DNA from: Craspedostauros australis
Taxonomy: Eukaryota
Assembly (NCBI GenBank): GCA_030167865.1
Contig: JALAGF010003564.1
Coordinates: 1-64,000 of the forward strand
DNA length: 64,000 nucleotides
Direction: 5' to 3'
The notes beneath the pieces are model-generated. The model ran no database searches and was not told the DNA's origin. It was given only the letters and a program-made list of their open reading frames with translations. This document shows, piece by piece, positions 22,628-35,679 of the stretch (position 1 is the stretch's first letter; each line of letters opens with the position of its first letter). The position numbers were made by a program, and so were the translations under genes.

Positions 22628-24490
22628 ATGGTCCATCAGCAGTTCCTCGAATTGGTTCGCGATGCATGCAATCAAGAACCTTCCGTTCCATCACAGCCAT
22701 CGCAGCCATCGGCAGCAACACCCACCAACCCATCATCGCAGAATTCAACCTGCGTCAAGACGAATACCAAGCAGCAGCAGCAGCAGGGCAGAAAGAAGAA
22801 GAGCATGCTCAAGAAGCTGAAGGCGCCTCGCGCACTGCGACGCCTTCTTTCACGCAAGAACAAGAACCAGCGGCGCAGCCAACCGCAGCAATGCCAAGCG
22901 TCTGCCGAAGATGCCAGCGCCAGCATCAACCCTTGCCTGCGGGCATTGCGATTGTACCTCCAAGACGAGAGCAACTTCATGGTCGTGCATGATTGCTTGT
23001 TGGATGGAGATGATGATGGATCGCACAACCCAGCCGCGCACGATGACACGGCCACTGACAGTGACAGTGATAGTGACAGTGATACCGATACTGGCAGTGA
23101 TGCCGACAATGCCAACAACAATGCCAACAACAACGAGAATAGCAAAGATGAAGGAAATCCACAGCGCACCATCTTCCATGTGATCATCCAGGAGCTGTGG
23201 ACATCACAGACCACCGAGCAGGTCCAGGAGGTCCTTGCCGCACTCCTTCCATACTACCCAGACGCTCTGTCCATCCCATCGCAGACAACCGGCCAGCTCC
23301 CACTTCACGTGGCCTGCAAGCGATTGGCTTCCTTCTCGCAAGTTCGTGAAGATGCGAATGCTACCGAGACCAACAACAACAATAACAACAACGACGACGA
23401 CGACGCAGAAACAACGCAGATTGTGCGGTTCTTCCGTTTCCTCATCCAGAACTCACCATCCGCGTTGCTCCACGCCGACAAAGAAGGACGTCGACCGCTG
23501 CACGTCCTTCTCAGCCACGCCGCGAAGGCACCGAACGATGAAGCCGTCGCAGCCCAGCAAGCCACGATGTCCCTGACCTCGTCCGCGGAAATTGAAGTCG
23601 CAAAATTCCTCCTGCGACAGCAAATCCAACACCAGGAACGACACATCTGCCTGGATGGCATGCACGACTCCCTCCATCTGCTGCTGACCTTGGTGCCAAC
23701 AACCACCAACGGCGTCGAACCGTTGCTCCTCCAAGTCGCCAACGAGATGTCTTCGAAATCTCGCTCGTCAGCCATGACCACGCTGTCATTGCAGAACCTG
23801 CACATCTCCAAGTGCACATGGAACACGGTGATCGCGCCGCTCTTCAGCATCATGGACAAGCTGGCGACGTTGGATTGCTTCTCCGTCTCCGTGTTTAACG
23901 AATGCGTCTGGGTCACTGGTTCGCAGCAATCGTCAGCCGCCGCACAGGAGCCAGGAACGGCCGTGCTGGACGTCCAGCCCAATGCGCACCAAATCAAGTT
24001 CAGAAATGGAATCGCAAGCGACAGTGTCATCCTTCCGTCCATCGCACAGCTGCTTTCCACCAAGACGCCGACGCTGCAAACGCTCATCCTCCACGCATGC
24101 CACTTGCAGGACATCTCTGCACTGGTGGATGTTCTGGACGAGCAGCACCAGGCCAACGGCCTCACCTCGCTGCGCAACCTGGCCCTGCAAGACAATCCCG
24201 CCCTCAACGACGACAGCACCCGCCGGCTGTTCCAATGTGTGGATCGCATCGCCAAGGACGAGAGGACGGATTCGACCAAGCCCAAGTTCCGCCTGGCCAT
24301 GGGCCTGCAGCGCGTGTCGCAGTGGTCCGAATCCCAATTCGTGGATGCCCTCGAGCTCTATGCCGGACTCCCAGATGCTGTGGTCTCTGACAGAAACAGT
24401 GCCCCAACACCCTCTGCCAAGCACGACAAGATGTACCAGCTCCTTCGTTTCCGACAGGATCTCTGGCTGGAGGGATACCACCAACGCTAG
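22628..24490 (+). CDS. Hypothetical protein with degenerate ankyrin-like repeats and a C-terminal LRR-like region (620 aa)
   Basis: GQLPLHVAC and DKEGRRPLHVLL ankyrin-type motifs; LQTLILHACHL / LRNLALQDNPAL LRR-type motifs; long ORF with coding bias; (DS)n and poly-Asn inserts. Confidence 0.75.
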   Translation: MVHQQFLELVRDACNQEPSVPSQPSQPSAATPTNPSSQNSTCVKTNTKQQQQQGRKKKSMLKKLKAPRALRRLLSRKNKNQRRSQPQQCQASAEDASASINPCLRALRLYLQDESNFMVVHDCLLDGDDDGSHNPAAHDDTATDSDSDSDSDTDTGSDADNANNNANNNENSKDEGNPQRTIFHVIIQELWTSQTTEQVQEVLAALLPYYPDALSIPSQTTGQLPLHVACKRLASFSQVREDANATETNNNNNNNDDDDAETTQIVRFFRFLIQNSPSALLHADKEGRRPLHVLLSHAAKAPNDEAVAAQQATMSLTSSAEIEVAKFLLRQQIQHQERHICLDGMHDSLHLLLTLVPTTTNGVEPLLLQVANEMSSKSRSSAMTTLSLQNLHISKCTWNTVIAPLFSIMDKLATLDCFSVSVFNECVWVTGSQQSSAAAQEPGTAVLDVQPNAHQIKFRNGIASDSVILPSIAQLLSTKTPTLQTLILHACHLQDISALVDVLDEQHQANGLTSLRNLALQDNPALNDDSTRRLFQCVDRIAKDERTDSTKPKFRLAMGLQRVSQWSESQFVDALELYAGLPDAVVSDRNSAPTPSAKHDKMYQLLRFRQDLWLEGYHQR

Positions 24491-24939
24491 ATGGTTCTTG
24501 TTGATCCTCCATGCGATACATGTACAATACTCGACACTACTCCACACTACTCTACAATACTTTAGATAATATTAAAACACGGCAAAAGCAAGCATCTTAT
24601 TACATTATGGTACATATTGCAATAGACACTCCAACATTCACTTGTTCGCAACGTACCAACGCACTGTCGCAGCATGTTCACGAACGTGCGAGCCAGGGTG
24701 GGGGAAAGTAACACCACTGATGCCACACAGCGATGAATAAAAGTACCTGCGCGAAAGCAATACGTCATTTCATTTGCTCTGCTCCACTCATACACCCTCG
24801 AGGAGCGCGAGCTCACATGTTGAATTCGTCGATTGCCACCAGTGCCATTGTTTGTGCCGTGCTGGGATGCCACTACTCTGCACCACTCGTGCAATAAATC
24901 ATGTCGTAAACGCAACAGATTATCATTCCTACTGTGCAC

Positions 24940-25767
24940 TTACTCCTGATCCCTTGGCTCGATCAGGACGGTGTTGATGGCAACATGCGATGGTGCCGTC
25001 AGCGCGTACACGACGGCATTGGCTACGTCCTCCACATTGAGCAGCTGGTTGCGATCGAAGCCATCACCGACGGGACGACCGATCTCGACACCCACCTCCT
25101 TGGCCGCATCCGTATCCGTGTTCTTCATGATCAGCTCGGTTCCCTTGACGTCGCCGGGACAGATGGTGGTCAGCGTCACGCCGGTTCCCACCAGCTCGCG
25201 ACGTGTGATCTCCGTCAAGGTCTCCACGAACCGCTTCGAAGCGCAGTACACGGCCAGCGTCTTGAAATCTCGCATGCCGGCATCGCTCGAGATGGTCACG
25301 ATCTTTCCCTTGCCGGATTTCACCATGCCCGGGATGCAGGAGCCGAACGCGTTGGTCACGCCGCGGCAGTTGACGTCGATGGTCTGATCCCACTGGTCCA
25401 TCACGGCGTTCTCCATCTTGGTGAAGTACATGACGCCGGCGCAGCAGATCATGTAATCGATGAACTCGTCGGCGTCGCTGCACAGGCTCTGCTGGGCATG
25501 TGCCACAAAGGCCTGCATCGAGGCGCGGTCGGTGACATCCAACGCCTTGATTTCGACGCAACCTGGCGAATCGGGATGCGTGGCCTCGCAGGATGCCTTG
25601 ACGGCTTGCAGCTTCTCCAACCGACGTGCGCCGATGCAGATCTTGGCACCTTCGGCGTGCAGGGCCGTGGCGATGGCAGCGCCAATGCCCGACGAGGCTC
25701 CGGCGACGCAAATCACCTTGCCGGCGAGGCGGTGCGATGTCTGGGGTGAGGCTGATGGCGATGACAT
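24940..25767 (-). CDS. Classical short-chain dehydrogenase/reductase (NADP-type, YdfG-like subgroup), 275 aa
   Basis: VAGASSGIG Rossmann motif, GARRLEKL, LDVTD, CCAGVM, catalytic S..YCASK, ICPGDV, and C-terminal EDVANAVVYALTAPSHVAIN.VLIEP. Confidence 0.93.
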   Translation of the reverse strand: MSSPSASPQTSHRLAGKVICVAGASSGIGAAIATALHAEGAKICIGARRLEKLQAVKASCEATHPDSPGCVEIKALDVTDRASMQAFVAHAQQSLCSDADEFIDYMICCAGVMYFTKMENAVMDQWDQTIDVNCRGVTNAFGSCIPGMVKSGKGKIVTISSDAGMRDFKTLAVYCASKRFVETLTEITRRELVGTGVTLTTICPGDVKGTELIMKNTDTDAAKEVGVEIGRPVGDGFDRNQLLNVEDVANAVVYALTAPSHVAINTVLIEPRDQE

Positions 25768-27608
25768 GATTGAAAGTTGTGCGTTGTGCGTTGTCGCGAA
25801 TGGACGTTGCAGATCGTACGTTGTTCGGGGGGTTGATCTCTCTTGATGACCAGTGGGTTGACGGATAGAGGCGAAAGAGTGACCGCAGCGTCTTGTGATG
25901 TGTTGATCCTGTTCGGCAACACATCCATCACGTGCCCAGTTCCATCAGTTTTGTGTGGATGCGGCAAAACGTCATTACAAAACAATTGAATGGCTTATGT
26001 ACGGTACGTGGTGCGTACGAGTGTCCGTGAAGTACTTTCATTGTGCAGGCGTTCGTTTATGTGTCGTTCGAATCAAGAACGTTCTCGTTTCTTGCGTCGG
26101 TCTAGATACTGTTCGACTATATCCATCCTCCACTCTTCGGAACCAAGGGAAGTGTGCGACCAACTGAAGCACATCGAGCCTGCGGACTGTTTGTCGCATC
26201 GAACATCAGATCGGGCCAGGTTCGTTTCCTTCACAAGAAACGGCTCGGAGGGGTGATCATCCCTCCGCCTTGTCATCCTGAGGAGTCGCTCGTATGATCG
26301 CACCACCTACTTCTGTCGATAAGTGGCGGAACATCGTTCACCACAGTCTTCAGCATCAATGACTCTTGCATGTCTGCGCCTGCGTCTCTTTTCTCTTGAT
26401 CTTGAGCCGTATCTGCCGAAGGCAGTCAGTCAACAAACAAGCCGATGGACAAAAATCATGTGCGAGACGCGCCACTTCGAACCGAACGCAGAAAGGAGTC
26501 CCATTTTCTCCTTCTCCGTGTCGAAGGAATCAGATCCAAATCATGGTGCAAAACTCGAAAGAATGTCAACACGCGAGTATCTTGAACTCCTCGTCCGAGC
26601 CATCTGTGACGCTCCCCCGACCGAGCTGCTGAGGTCGAACCGATTGCTATGCGAGCACCCTGTAGCGCCTCCTTGCGCTTCACATGTCTGTGTCGCCACG
26701 GAACTTGCATTGCAGGAAATGGAGGGAACGTGGTTTGGATAATGTCGTTCGCTGTGTCAGCGGCTCTTGTTGACGAAGAAATGTCAGTATTGACATTAAC
26801 ACTGAATCCTTCATCATGCTCAACTGAGCATGCCGCGGGCGAAGGTGTGTACTCATACAAACTCATCAGTCCGCGAACATCATTCGCCTTGATTGTCAGA
26901 ATCACATGGGCGGCAGACACGCACTCGCACCCACCTACGTCTGGACGCACCGATCGTCAGCCCACCGCGCCAATGGATGATGTGAGTGAATTCCAACATC
27001 AAACTGTGACCCACGTGGAGGCATCACGGCACAGCATCGATCTCAATCGGAGATATCTGGTTCTAGTTTCGTTTTATACATACTCTTCACTATTTACACT
27101 CATTGATCTTAGCTGTGTTGTCGGATAGAAAAGCAAAAGGAGGCTCGCACAGGTGTTCTGTGTACACCTCTTGGTGCCTTGCTGTTGTTGTTGTTGTTGT
27201 TGTTGTTGGCTTGGCGTGTACTGGAGCCTCTGTCTCTCTGTCTCTCCGTTTTGGCCAACTCGGTCACAGCCTACATGGTGTTCTTGTTTCTTTCTACTAT
27301 CGTGACCACTCCACCCCGCACTGATGTGCTATCGATCGGCCATTCAATGAAGCCGATGACTTGGTAGATGCCTATATCGTCAACGCTCACCGTCAAGTTG
27401 CCATCGATCATAGATGTTGCGCATTGGATCGTCCTGGGCAAGTCTGGCCTGATTCTCAGCTGGCCCATAGTCTGAGACGGAAATGGGAGTATCGTGCACA
27501 TGTCGAGAACGGGAGGCGGCGCAGACAGAAAGTTAGATGGAGCGCTCTGCAGACTTTCAGATACGGGACGATGGGCTCATCCTCTTGCCATGCCTGCAAT
27601 CTTGATCG

Positions 27609-28289
27609 TCAACCGAGATGCCGAATCATTAGCTGGCCATGCATCGTCTTCAGGCATTCTGCTTGTGCGGCGCAGCCACAAGTTTGAGGGATGCAACCAA
27701 GCAATTGCAAGTACATGCACCACAATGTACTCTGCGGCAATCGGAGCAAACATACAGGATATACACTCAGAAGAGACTCACCTTGGTGGATCTGGGGGTT
27801 GATGGGTTCCATGTGCATGCGTGGGTGTCCGATCACATCTTGCTCGTCTTGCCTGACATTTTCGTGATGAAACCTCGGCAAATCCTTGTTGCCTCTCATC
27901 ACTTTCTTCACCTTCGTGATGGCCACATCCCATGGGATTTCTTCCCACACAGTTGTCTTGTTGCCTCTGTGGAAGTATTGATATCTGTTTCCCTCGCCTG
28001 TCTGCAGCCATGAATCATGATCCTGATTGCCAGCGTCCTTGCATTCCCTGAGCAAGCGGATGTTGCAGCACCCACACGACTGCACGACGTTCCATAGCGC
28101 AGCAGAAGCGATGTCGTGCCTCTCGGCGCTCTTCGTCGTACGCAGGAAGGCAGCATTGAATGACTCAAGGATCGATCTGTATCTGACATTGCCGGGATGG
28201 TACTTGACCAGGTTGCCTCGTGCAAAGAGCACATCATGTTGTTGTACGTGGGGATAGTCGTATACACCTCCCAGTCGGCCCGCACGCAT
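27609..28289 (-). CDS. DUF6824-domain protein, divergent copy; 3' structure uncertain (possible intron donor at 27781)
   Basis: HDVLFARGNLVKYHPGNVRYRSIL...WEEIPWDVAITKVKKVMR matches the diatom DVLxGRG..HxGN..(F/Y)R...W.E......KV...R pattern. Start placed at ATG 28289. AG|GTGAGT at 27781 suggests further exons. Confidence 0.7.
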   Translation of the reverse strand: MRAGRLGGVYDYPHVQQHDVLFARGNLVKYHPGNVRYRSILESFNAAFLRTTKSAERHDIASAALWNVVQSCGCCNIRLLRECKDAGNQDHDSWLQTGEGNRYQYFHRGNKTTVWEEIPWDVAITKVKKVMRGNKDLPRFHHENVRQDEQDVIGHPRMHMEPINPQIHQGESLLSVYPVCLLRLPQSTLWCMYLQLLGCIPQTCGCAAQAECLKTMHGQLMIRHLG

Positions 28290-30122
28290 ATTTCTTCGAC
28301 GCATGCAGCGATGATGCTGCAGGCTCAGTCCTCTCGCTCTCCGCTTGCTGTACGAAGGCTGTACGTACATGCTATGGGCGCTGATTTCTACTCTACTCTC
28401 CGTATTATGTCCGCACAACGACAATTGATATCTCCGAGGCCGCTTGTCTTGCTTCTTCCTTGTCGGTTGAAGAGAACGTCAGGCGCGAGGTTGGCTGTAA
28501 GATAACGAGTCAGCAGATCTCTTGGATGCTGTTGCTGTTTGTGATGGTTCTTGTTGGAAGATTGCTGGGAGACTGATTCAGGTGTGAAGGGAGACTTCAC
28601 TGCGCTCGTTCAACAGCGGGCACTCTTCTGCTCCCACTCCCGGAGTTTGTGCCTATTCGTATGTGTCGTTTTGGGTGGAAATGTGAATAAGGGCCTTCTA
28701 CTTGGAATGGCAGCTTCGTGGGAAGTGACACTCACTCCTTTGGCTGTTGCCGTCCGCCGATAACGTACGCCACGGGTGTTCCTTCACCACGCGCCTGCCG
28801 TTTGTATCTGCAAGTGTGCGATCAGCGTTGTTCCGGGCTTTGCAGAACAGTGCCTCTTAAGCGCTGTACTCGTACATTTGGAAGCGCATCACGATCATTG
28901 CATTTGTAGAGTATGCGGTAGACTTGGATCGTACTTTACATGCGCAACTGGGTCTCCGTAGTACAGTTGTATGTATAGAGTACTGTCGAGAGAGTATGTC
29001 TCTGATGATGCACATACAGCCAACGCCCGCAGTTGTTGGAGCATCGCATTCGTATCCGTTTTCGTCGTTGCAGGAGTTTTTGAGCAGGGGTGTCAAGTGT
29101 TAAACGCGCAAGGTTGGGGCAATGGCGCAGATGGTGCTAGATGTTCACGAGCATCCCTCCTCTCGACACATTGCACCAATTCGCTGCACACAGGTCCATC
29201 TGTTCGTGAGCCGGCAGTCGTGGTTACGGTTGTTGGAAGCCAACTCAAACAAGCCCAATGATGTAAGATCCTGCAAGGGACAAGATGTCTCCAAACGCAT
29301 CCAGGCACAGCCCTCGGATTTTGCATCAAACGCTTCAGTGATGACAAGGCACTGCCAGGGCATTCTCCCCTTCCGAGGCACAGGTCCACCATAGGCGACA
29401 GCAAGCGTGGAGGGATATCACTTTCGACGTTTCGAAGCGCACGGAAGAATTGGCATGGGATGGAGGGAAATCATCATGGATATTCCAGAATGAATAAGCT
29501 CTTGTGTTGTCCTTCATGCATGACTCTCTGTGGTGGGCACGACATCAGAGAATGTCCCGGACAAGATTCGTAAATTTGCACCCATGACTTCACCCAATTC
29601 TCCTATTGGTTGGCTTGTGGTGGAACAACGTGGGGACAGGCAAGATGGGGGCAGAAGCATCCCTCCCTTGACGCAAAACCGAAAGCGACATCGGCACCCA
29701 TTCACACGCTTCCACTGAGGCCAACAACCAGACGAAACAATCCGACAGGTACAAACTAATAGCATGTACCTACATATGATTGCGCACAGAGCAGAGTCGC
29801 AGAAATGGTAGACGGGGTCGACATGATCCACATGACATGTTGCTCTCGCGATGCTCGCGATTGCAGACGAATATCTCTCTGGAGCGAGGTTTTGCTGATG
29901 AAGAGGGAATCCGGGCGCCTCTGCACTGGACTCTGGAGAGAAAGTATGGTACGACAATGCATGTATGTGTATATGCGTATGTGTGTATGTAAGTACTATT
30001 GACATGGATACAGCTAAAAATAGGCCGGACGAAGAATACAGCAACTCCGTGCCGCGCCATCTTGCAACCACTTGCGGAATGATTCATCAAAAAGAGGAGA
30101 GAGAGAGATGGCCAATTCACCT

Positions 30123-31566
30123 TCAGGTTTGGGTATTTGGTGTCGCCGCCAGATCAAAGTTGAACAGGTTTGCCCAAGCCATCGGGCTGATCGCGGTGGT
30201 TTGGCTGGGAAGGATTGTCGCTGTGCGATGGGCCCACGACTGATAGTGCAGCTGCCGGGGCTGTGGGGGCATCCCAGCTCGCACTGGAGCGGGATCCTGT
30301 GATGTGCATTGGCGCGGAGTAACGATAGTTGGTGTATCTCGTGATTGAGGATTGGTGGGTGCGGGAATCGGCCACGGGGCCATGCCTTCTGCGGGTGCCA
30401 AAGGTGCAAGCGGTTCGCCGGCACCCTGAGCGGTGACCGCAGAAGCAGCAGCAGCATTGTCGCTAATATCGTCTTGTTGGAACAGGCCTGATTCGAAGTC
30501 GTCTTCGCTTTCTTCTGCGAAGGCTGCGAGATCAAGTACATCCAACTCCAGCGCAGGAAGGTTCGCTGTCGTAGGCATATCGAGCTGTTGCATTGCAATC
30601 GCAGCCTCGAGGAGTTGTTGTTGCTCCGCATTGACGAATGCTTCGTCATCCTGCACCTCATTGGTCTCAAACTGCTGTTGTTGTTCCTGTGCCACATCCA
30701 CGTGTTGTGGGAACATTGGCTCCGCTGCCGCTGCTACCGGGGCAGCAGCTTGATCACCAATGATATCCAATTCGAGAGCATCAAGATGAACTTCGAGTGG
30801 TTCTGGTCTGAACATTGCCTTCTCTGCGTTGACGCCTTCGAGGACATAGGCTGCAGGCGGTAGTTGTTATGGAAGTGTAAGTGAAAGTGAGATTAAGAGG
30901 TGGTGAGATAGTGGATGGGAAGAGACGGGTTAGTGTTGACAATGTTGACTGTGGGGAGATGGTTCGATTGGCAAGGTCGCCAGAGTTGGATACAGCGAGT
31001 GTGTATGTATCCGCAGTGCAGTGCGATCGTTGACAATGAGCGGGAGGCATCATGATTCAGTCCATCACATTCGCATGTCTTGGTCGCAGGCTGATCGCAC
31101 AACGAAGCAGACGATATGCAATCGGATACTTACCGCAGACAGCTTGAACCACCTTCTCATCTTTTGGCGTAGGTGGGCTGGCTTTTTTCGTTTCGCGCAA
31201 TGCATGTTGAACCTTTCGAAGTGCAACCCTCTCCTCGACCTCTTCCCAAACTGATGCGGCCTCGTTGCGCCGGTCGGGAGCAACGTTGGCATTGCCGTTG
31301 GCATTGCGACGCCTGATGCGGGCTGCAGCGGGCTGCTTCTTCCAGAAACGGACTACGTATCCGTCGAGGCCGGTCCTGATCTCACGGAACGCATCAGTCA
31401 CGACGTTCCACTTCTGTCCAACCTTTGCCTTGGAGTATTCATCTTTGTACTTCAGGATCACCTTGCGGTATCGAATGCTGCCTGGAAAGGAGTACACATT
31501 CTTACCTCTGCCCAGAAGGACATCGATTTGACTTGGGGTTGTAATGGTGGTGGCCGTGCGATCCAT
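30123..31566 (-). CDS. DUF6824-domain protein with an acidic/Gln-rich C-terminal half; 2 exons (31566-31134, 30850-30123), ~386 aa
   Basis: IDVLLGRGKNVYSFPGSIRYRKVI...RFWK...WEEVEERVALRKVQHALRE. Intron GTAAGT(31133)..CTGCAG(30851) joins it in frame to the 30123-30815 ORF. Confidence 0.85.
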
Positions 31567-34435
31567 GGTTGGTTGGAGCTCGTGCTCGTAGGTCGTAGCG
31601 GTATTGTTTGTTTGTTTGTGTGCGTGTGAACGGTGTTTGTTTGCTGGAGGCAGGAGGTGCTCAGCCAGTTCTGAATAGAGTATTGCTTGGTGTGTTCGGG
31701 GAGACGATCTGGCGATTTTCAGAATTATGATCAAAGCGAGGGAAAAAGATATGGATTTGTGCCTGGAGATGCTGTTGCTGTTGCTGTTCGTTGTGCGAGA
31801 TGCTGTCGTTTTGTATCACCTCGGTCGCAGTCTCCTGTGCTTCTTTCGTCGCGCTACGTTGGTATGGTACGTATGCTACGCTGATCCTGCGTCTGCGATC
31901 TGCTGTTTCCAGATTCAGTACCCTATGATCGATATCGCGTGATGCGGTGGCTGAAACGGTTCGCAATTATATGCACGCGGGTACGGTACGGTAGAGTACG
32001 GCAGAGTCGAGCCTGCGTGGTCGCGGACGCGGACGCAAAGAAGGGAACAAGGGATGGGAAGCAGACAGAGACGAGACGTGCCCTTTGTGTCAGCCAACTT
32101 CCCGGATGTGTTGCCGATGCTGTTTTGTCAAGATGGCAGCTGCTGTCGCAACTTGAGGACAGTACTACAGCCATTCACGGATAGCGTGTGCTTGTTTGTA
32201 GGCACCCGTGGGGAAGAGTTGCCACAAGGGTGTCGAAGTCTCTGATTGCGAAAGAAAAGCAACGAAACGACCAATTGCACGGGCCCGCTGAGATCGACCA
32301 GTGGTTGACGATTCCATCAGTCCCTCACGTCGATGAGCGCCAGCATCGACTGCGAGGCGTTGACATTGCGTGAGTCGCCGCCGCTTCCCTTAATGATATC
32401 ACTCACCTTTCTGTCTGACTATCTGCTGGATCGCTCAGAAGCGTTCACGGCAAACGGCGACGTTGGTGAGGTTGTGATGCGACGTGATTGTTGAGGAGCC
32501 CCTGGGTCAAGTCTGAGGTGCTGGTCAATCGCCAAGCACCAGGCGGTGTGTATGTGCGAGTGTTTTTCCGTGTTCGTGAAGCGTGGTGGGGTGCTCTGAA
32601 GCACGATCTACTCTGCTCTGAGGCAATACCACTGCCTTGTTCCTGGCCTCACTTCGCGTGTTGTTTCGTGCTGTTTTGTGCTTGGTTTGTGCTTGGTTTG
32701 TCGCTGTCTGCGAGAGCTGAATCGGAGGCATGTGTTGTGTGATGTGTGCTGTCACCGTGTGTTGTCACTGTGTGCTGCGCCTGTGCTCTGTTTTGTCCGA
32801 TGTTTGCTGAGCGAACGCAGCGGAGTTCAGCGCAGTGGAGCAGGGCAATGCGTGATACGGTGGAGGGGACAGTGCTCGTAGCTTTACAGCGCCGTGGCCC
32901 TTGCGCACAAGGCTGTGCGCATCTCCTTGCGCTCGTAGCACTGTCAGATTGCGCAAGTGTGTACCATAATCGTACTCAACACGCAGAGTGGATCGAGGCA
33001 GGGCATGGTAATTGCCTTTCCGCGAAGGAACTTCCATGTCACCGGTAGTGCGATGTGGAGCAGTGTTTCGTTCTCTCGCACTGTCCTTTCTGCCCTCCTC
33101 GTGATGCGTGGCAGATCTTTCTGTCTCCAATCATGCGGGCAAATGTGTGATGATTCTGTGCAAAGCTCCGCCTTCGTCCTTCATTCTCCTTGATGCAAGC
33201 ACGTCCATCCAAGATGGTTAGCGCGGGCGGCGTTTTGCCTCGTTGATCCACAACCATCACCACACCCCAAGACCGGTGTCGCCGATGACTGTGTGTCGAC
33301 CCGAAGGAGCGAATCAGTTTTGATGCAAAAAAAAAGGAGAACGTCAAGGGGCCAGGGACTGATCTGATCCCGCGAGGGCTAAGTCGAAAATGGTATTTTC
33401 TCCACCAACAACACATAGTACCGCATCATGGCAGACGCCTTTCCACAATTTTGCATCAAACGATACAGCAATTGCGGCGCAGCTCTGCACAGTCCCAATG
33501 TGTGCGGGACACCCACAGAGTGCCATGCTGGCAACAACACCACTATCTCCTCTCCTATAAATACTCCTGGGACGGTTCTGGTGCAAACAGAGACCACCAT
33601 GTCACAGCGCCAACCTCGGCAGAAGATTCTCATGATCACGAGCGTCAACAGGATTCGGCGGTTTGTCCATCATGGCTCCTGTACATGGTCTACCAAACTG
33701 GTAATATACGTATCTGCATGCCTACATTTCATGAGATATAATAGCTGACTGTAATGCGGCAAGATGTGATGCGGCAAGGCGGAGTACAAAGAACAGCAAC
33801 CGGATTCAAGTGGCACCCCTGCGGTTTCGGCGCGGTCAAAAGGAAGATGATGCAAAGACGGGACGGAATCGCTTTGTGGCATGTCACGCCGCCTTTTCTC
33901 CTCCACAGACGCGTGTCAACCATGACCGATCAACAATAAGTGGCACGATCTTGGTCTTCCTTCCCTGTTTCTCATGTTCCATGCGCCGGCATCGATGGTG
34001 CCATACTACTACGACAGAGATGTTTGGGCTTCTGCGGAATGATTCACACCAAAACCATGTCTTGGGACACATACTCAACGTGTAGTTGCACTGTTCGCAC
34101 CCCGGCTACGTACGCTCTCGTGCAAGCAGCAATAGACGAAGCAGAGGAACTGGACTCACGACAGCAGCACAGGTGTTGTTCTGTCGGTTGTGATGTACTC
34201 TTGGTGTCGCGCATCGCTGCGCCATCCTCTTACGAGCTGTGCGTGTGTAGTAGAGATAGTATGGTACATACGCAGCAGACGAGCATGAATGCTCCTGGAC
34301 GTCCTATGATGAGCGTCTGCACTGCTACTGTACCTCTGGCTGCTCTCCGGATGGAGCTTCTTCCTCTCATTAGTATCGATTTGTCGTGTCTGTCTGTATT
34401 GGCGTATGTTTACTTCCGTGTCTGTCTATCTGTGT

Positions 34436-34504
34436 GTATGTATGTCTGTGTATACGTATGTATGTATGTATGTATGTATGGATGGATGGATGGATGGATG
34501 GATG
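34436..34504. repeat. Compound tetranucleotide microsatellite (GTAT)n(GGAT)n
   Basis: Read directly in the sequence. Confidence 0.9.
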
Positions 34505-34895
34505 TTTGTTCGTCGTTGTATCATTTCTTGTCGTGTCTGTTTTAGTCACGAATAAAGCATCCAACGGGACTGGCCTGGCGAAACTGATGAGATCTGGTGT
34601 GAACGCCCCCGATGCGCTAGTCTTAGTATGATTATCCAGCAGAAAGTATAATATAATAGTATATCAAACAACATCGTCTCTGTCTCCACTTAATCTTTCA
34701 CGCGTGCACGTACACGTATGGAGAAAACTCCGAGTAACGCAAAGGATTGGGTTTGCTTAGCCTTGTTTCTACTGGAGTGATCATTCCGGACATCTCCGAT
34801 GAAGATCCTTCATCTCGTATTGTGTCATGAGGAACATTTTGCTCTGAATTCCGGTGTCGCATCCGCGCTGCATTCGCATGTCACCATGTCGCAAA

Positions 34896-35654
34896 TTAGA
34901 ACATCCCAAAGAACTTCTTGCCTTGCATCTGCTTGTCCAAAGCACCCACGAGGGCCGTCTGCACGTTCTTGCCGAACGCCTCGGCGTACCCATCGCGTGC
35001 GGCGCAATCCTTCATGTACCGCGCCACGTTTGGCCATTTGCCGGCAATGTCGATGCCCTGGAAGAATTGCATCACGTACAGCAGGTACGACGCCACGGCC
35101 ACATCGGCCAACGTGAATTGCGTGCCGAGCAGATACTGCTGTTCCTTCAGGAGATCATCCAGCGTCTGAATTCGCTTGTTGGGCTTCTTCAATCCTGTGT
35201 CGTACACCTTGCCGTCCGGGGTTTCCAGGAAACAGACGGGATCCAACGACGCGTTGGCCCACAGGATCCACGATGTGATGGCGGCGGCGTCCTTGGCGCT
35301 GTAGTTGTCCATCGTCAACGTGTGGAAGTACTGCAGGATGGCGCCAGATTCGAAGACCAGGACGTCGCCGTCATCCGTGAGGCATGGCAGCTGTCCGAAG
35401 GGATGCGGATTCTGGGCCAAGTCGCCCATCACGAAGTCCAGACCAACCTCATTGGCTCCCCAGTTGCACAGCGGCGATCTGGTTCCGGGATGTCCGTACA
35501 GGGTCCGCGCCATGTCCAGCTGGCTGGAAGATGGCTGGTGCTGGACGCGCAATGCACCGGTATTGGAGGAGAGCGACGGTGTGGTGAAGCCCTGCGTCGT
35601 GGAGGATGCGATGGCAAGGAGCCAGAGCATCAGCATCTTTTGGCCAGCAATCAT
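34896..35654 (-). CDS. Glutathione S-transferase, plastid-targeted (252 aa)
   Basis: LYGHPGTRS, NPHPFGQLPCL.D, FESGAILQY, YLLG.QFTLADVAVASYL, WPNVARYM. Signal peptide ending TTQG|F plus transit peptide from ATG 35654. Confidence 0.93.
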   Translation of the reverse strand: MIAGQKMLMLWLLAIASSTTQGFTTPSLSSNTGALRVQHQPSSSQLDMARTLYGHPGTRSPLCNWGANEVGLDFVMGDLAQNPHPFGQLPCLTDDGDVLVFESGAILQYFHTLTMDNYSAKDAAAITSWILWANASLDPVCFLETPDGKVYDTGLKKPNKRIQTLDDLLKEQQYLLGTQFTLADVAVASYLLYVMQFFQGIDIAGKWPNVARYMKDCAARDGYAEAFGKNVQTALVGALDKQMQGKKFFGMF

Positions 35655-35679
35655 ATTTTGCCTTGGGTCGGCAGGCGGT

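Noticed and set aside
26323-27128. Overlapping 139-164 aa ORFs upstream of the SDR
   Set aside because: No recognisable motif, no clear codon bias and mutually overlapping frames; cannot be supported as genes.
33940-34545. 201-aa ORF with a hydrophobic C-terminus
   Set aside because: Non-ATG start, and the hydrophobic part is the translation of the (GTAT)n(GGAT)n microsatellite.
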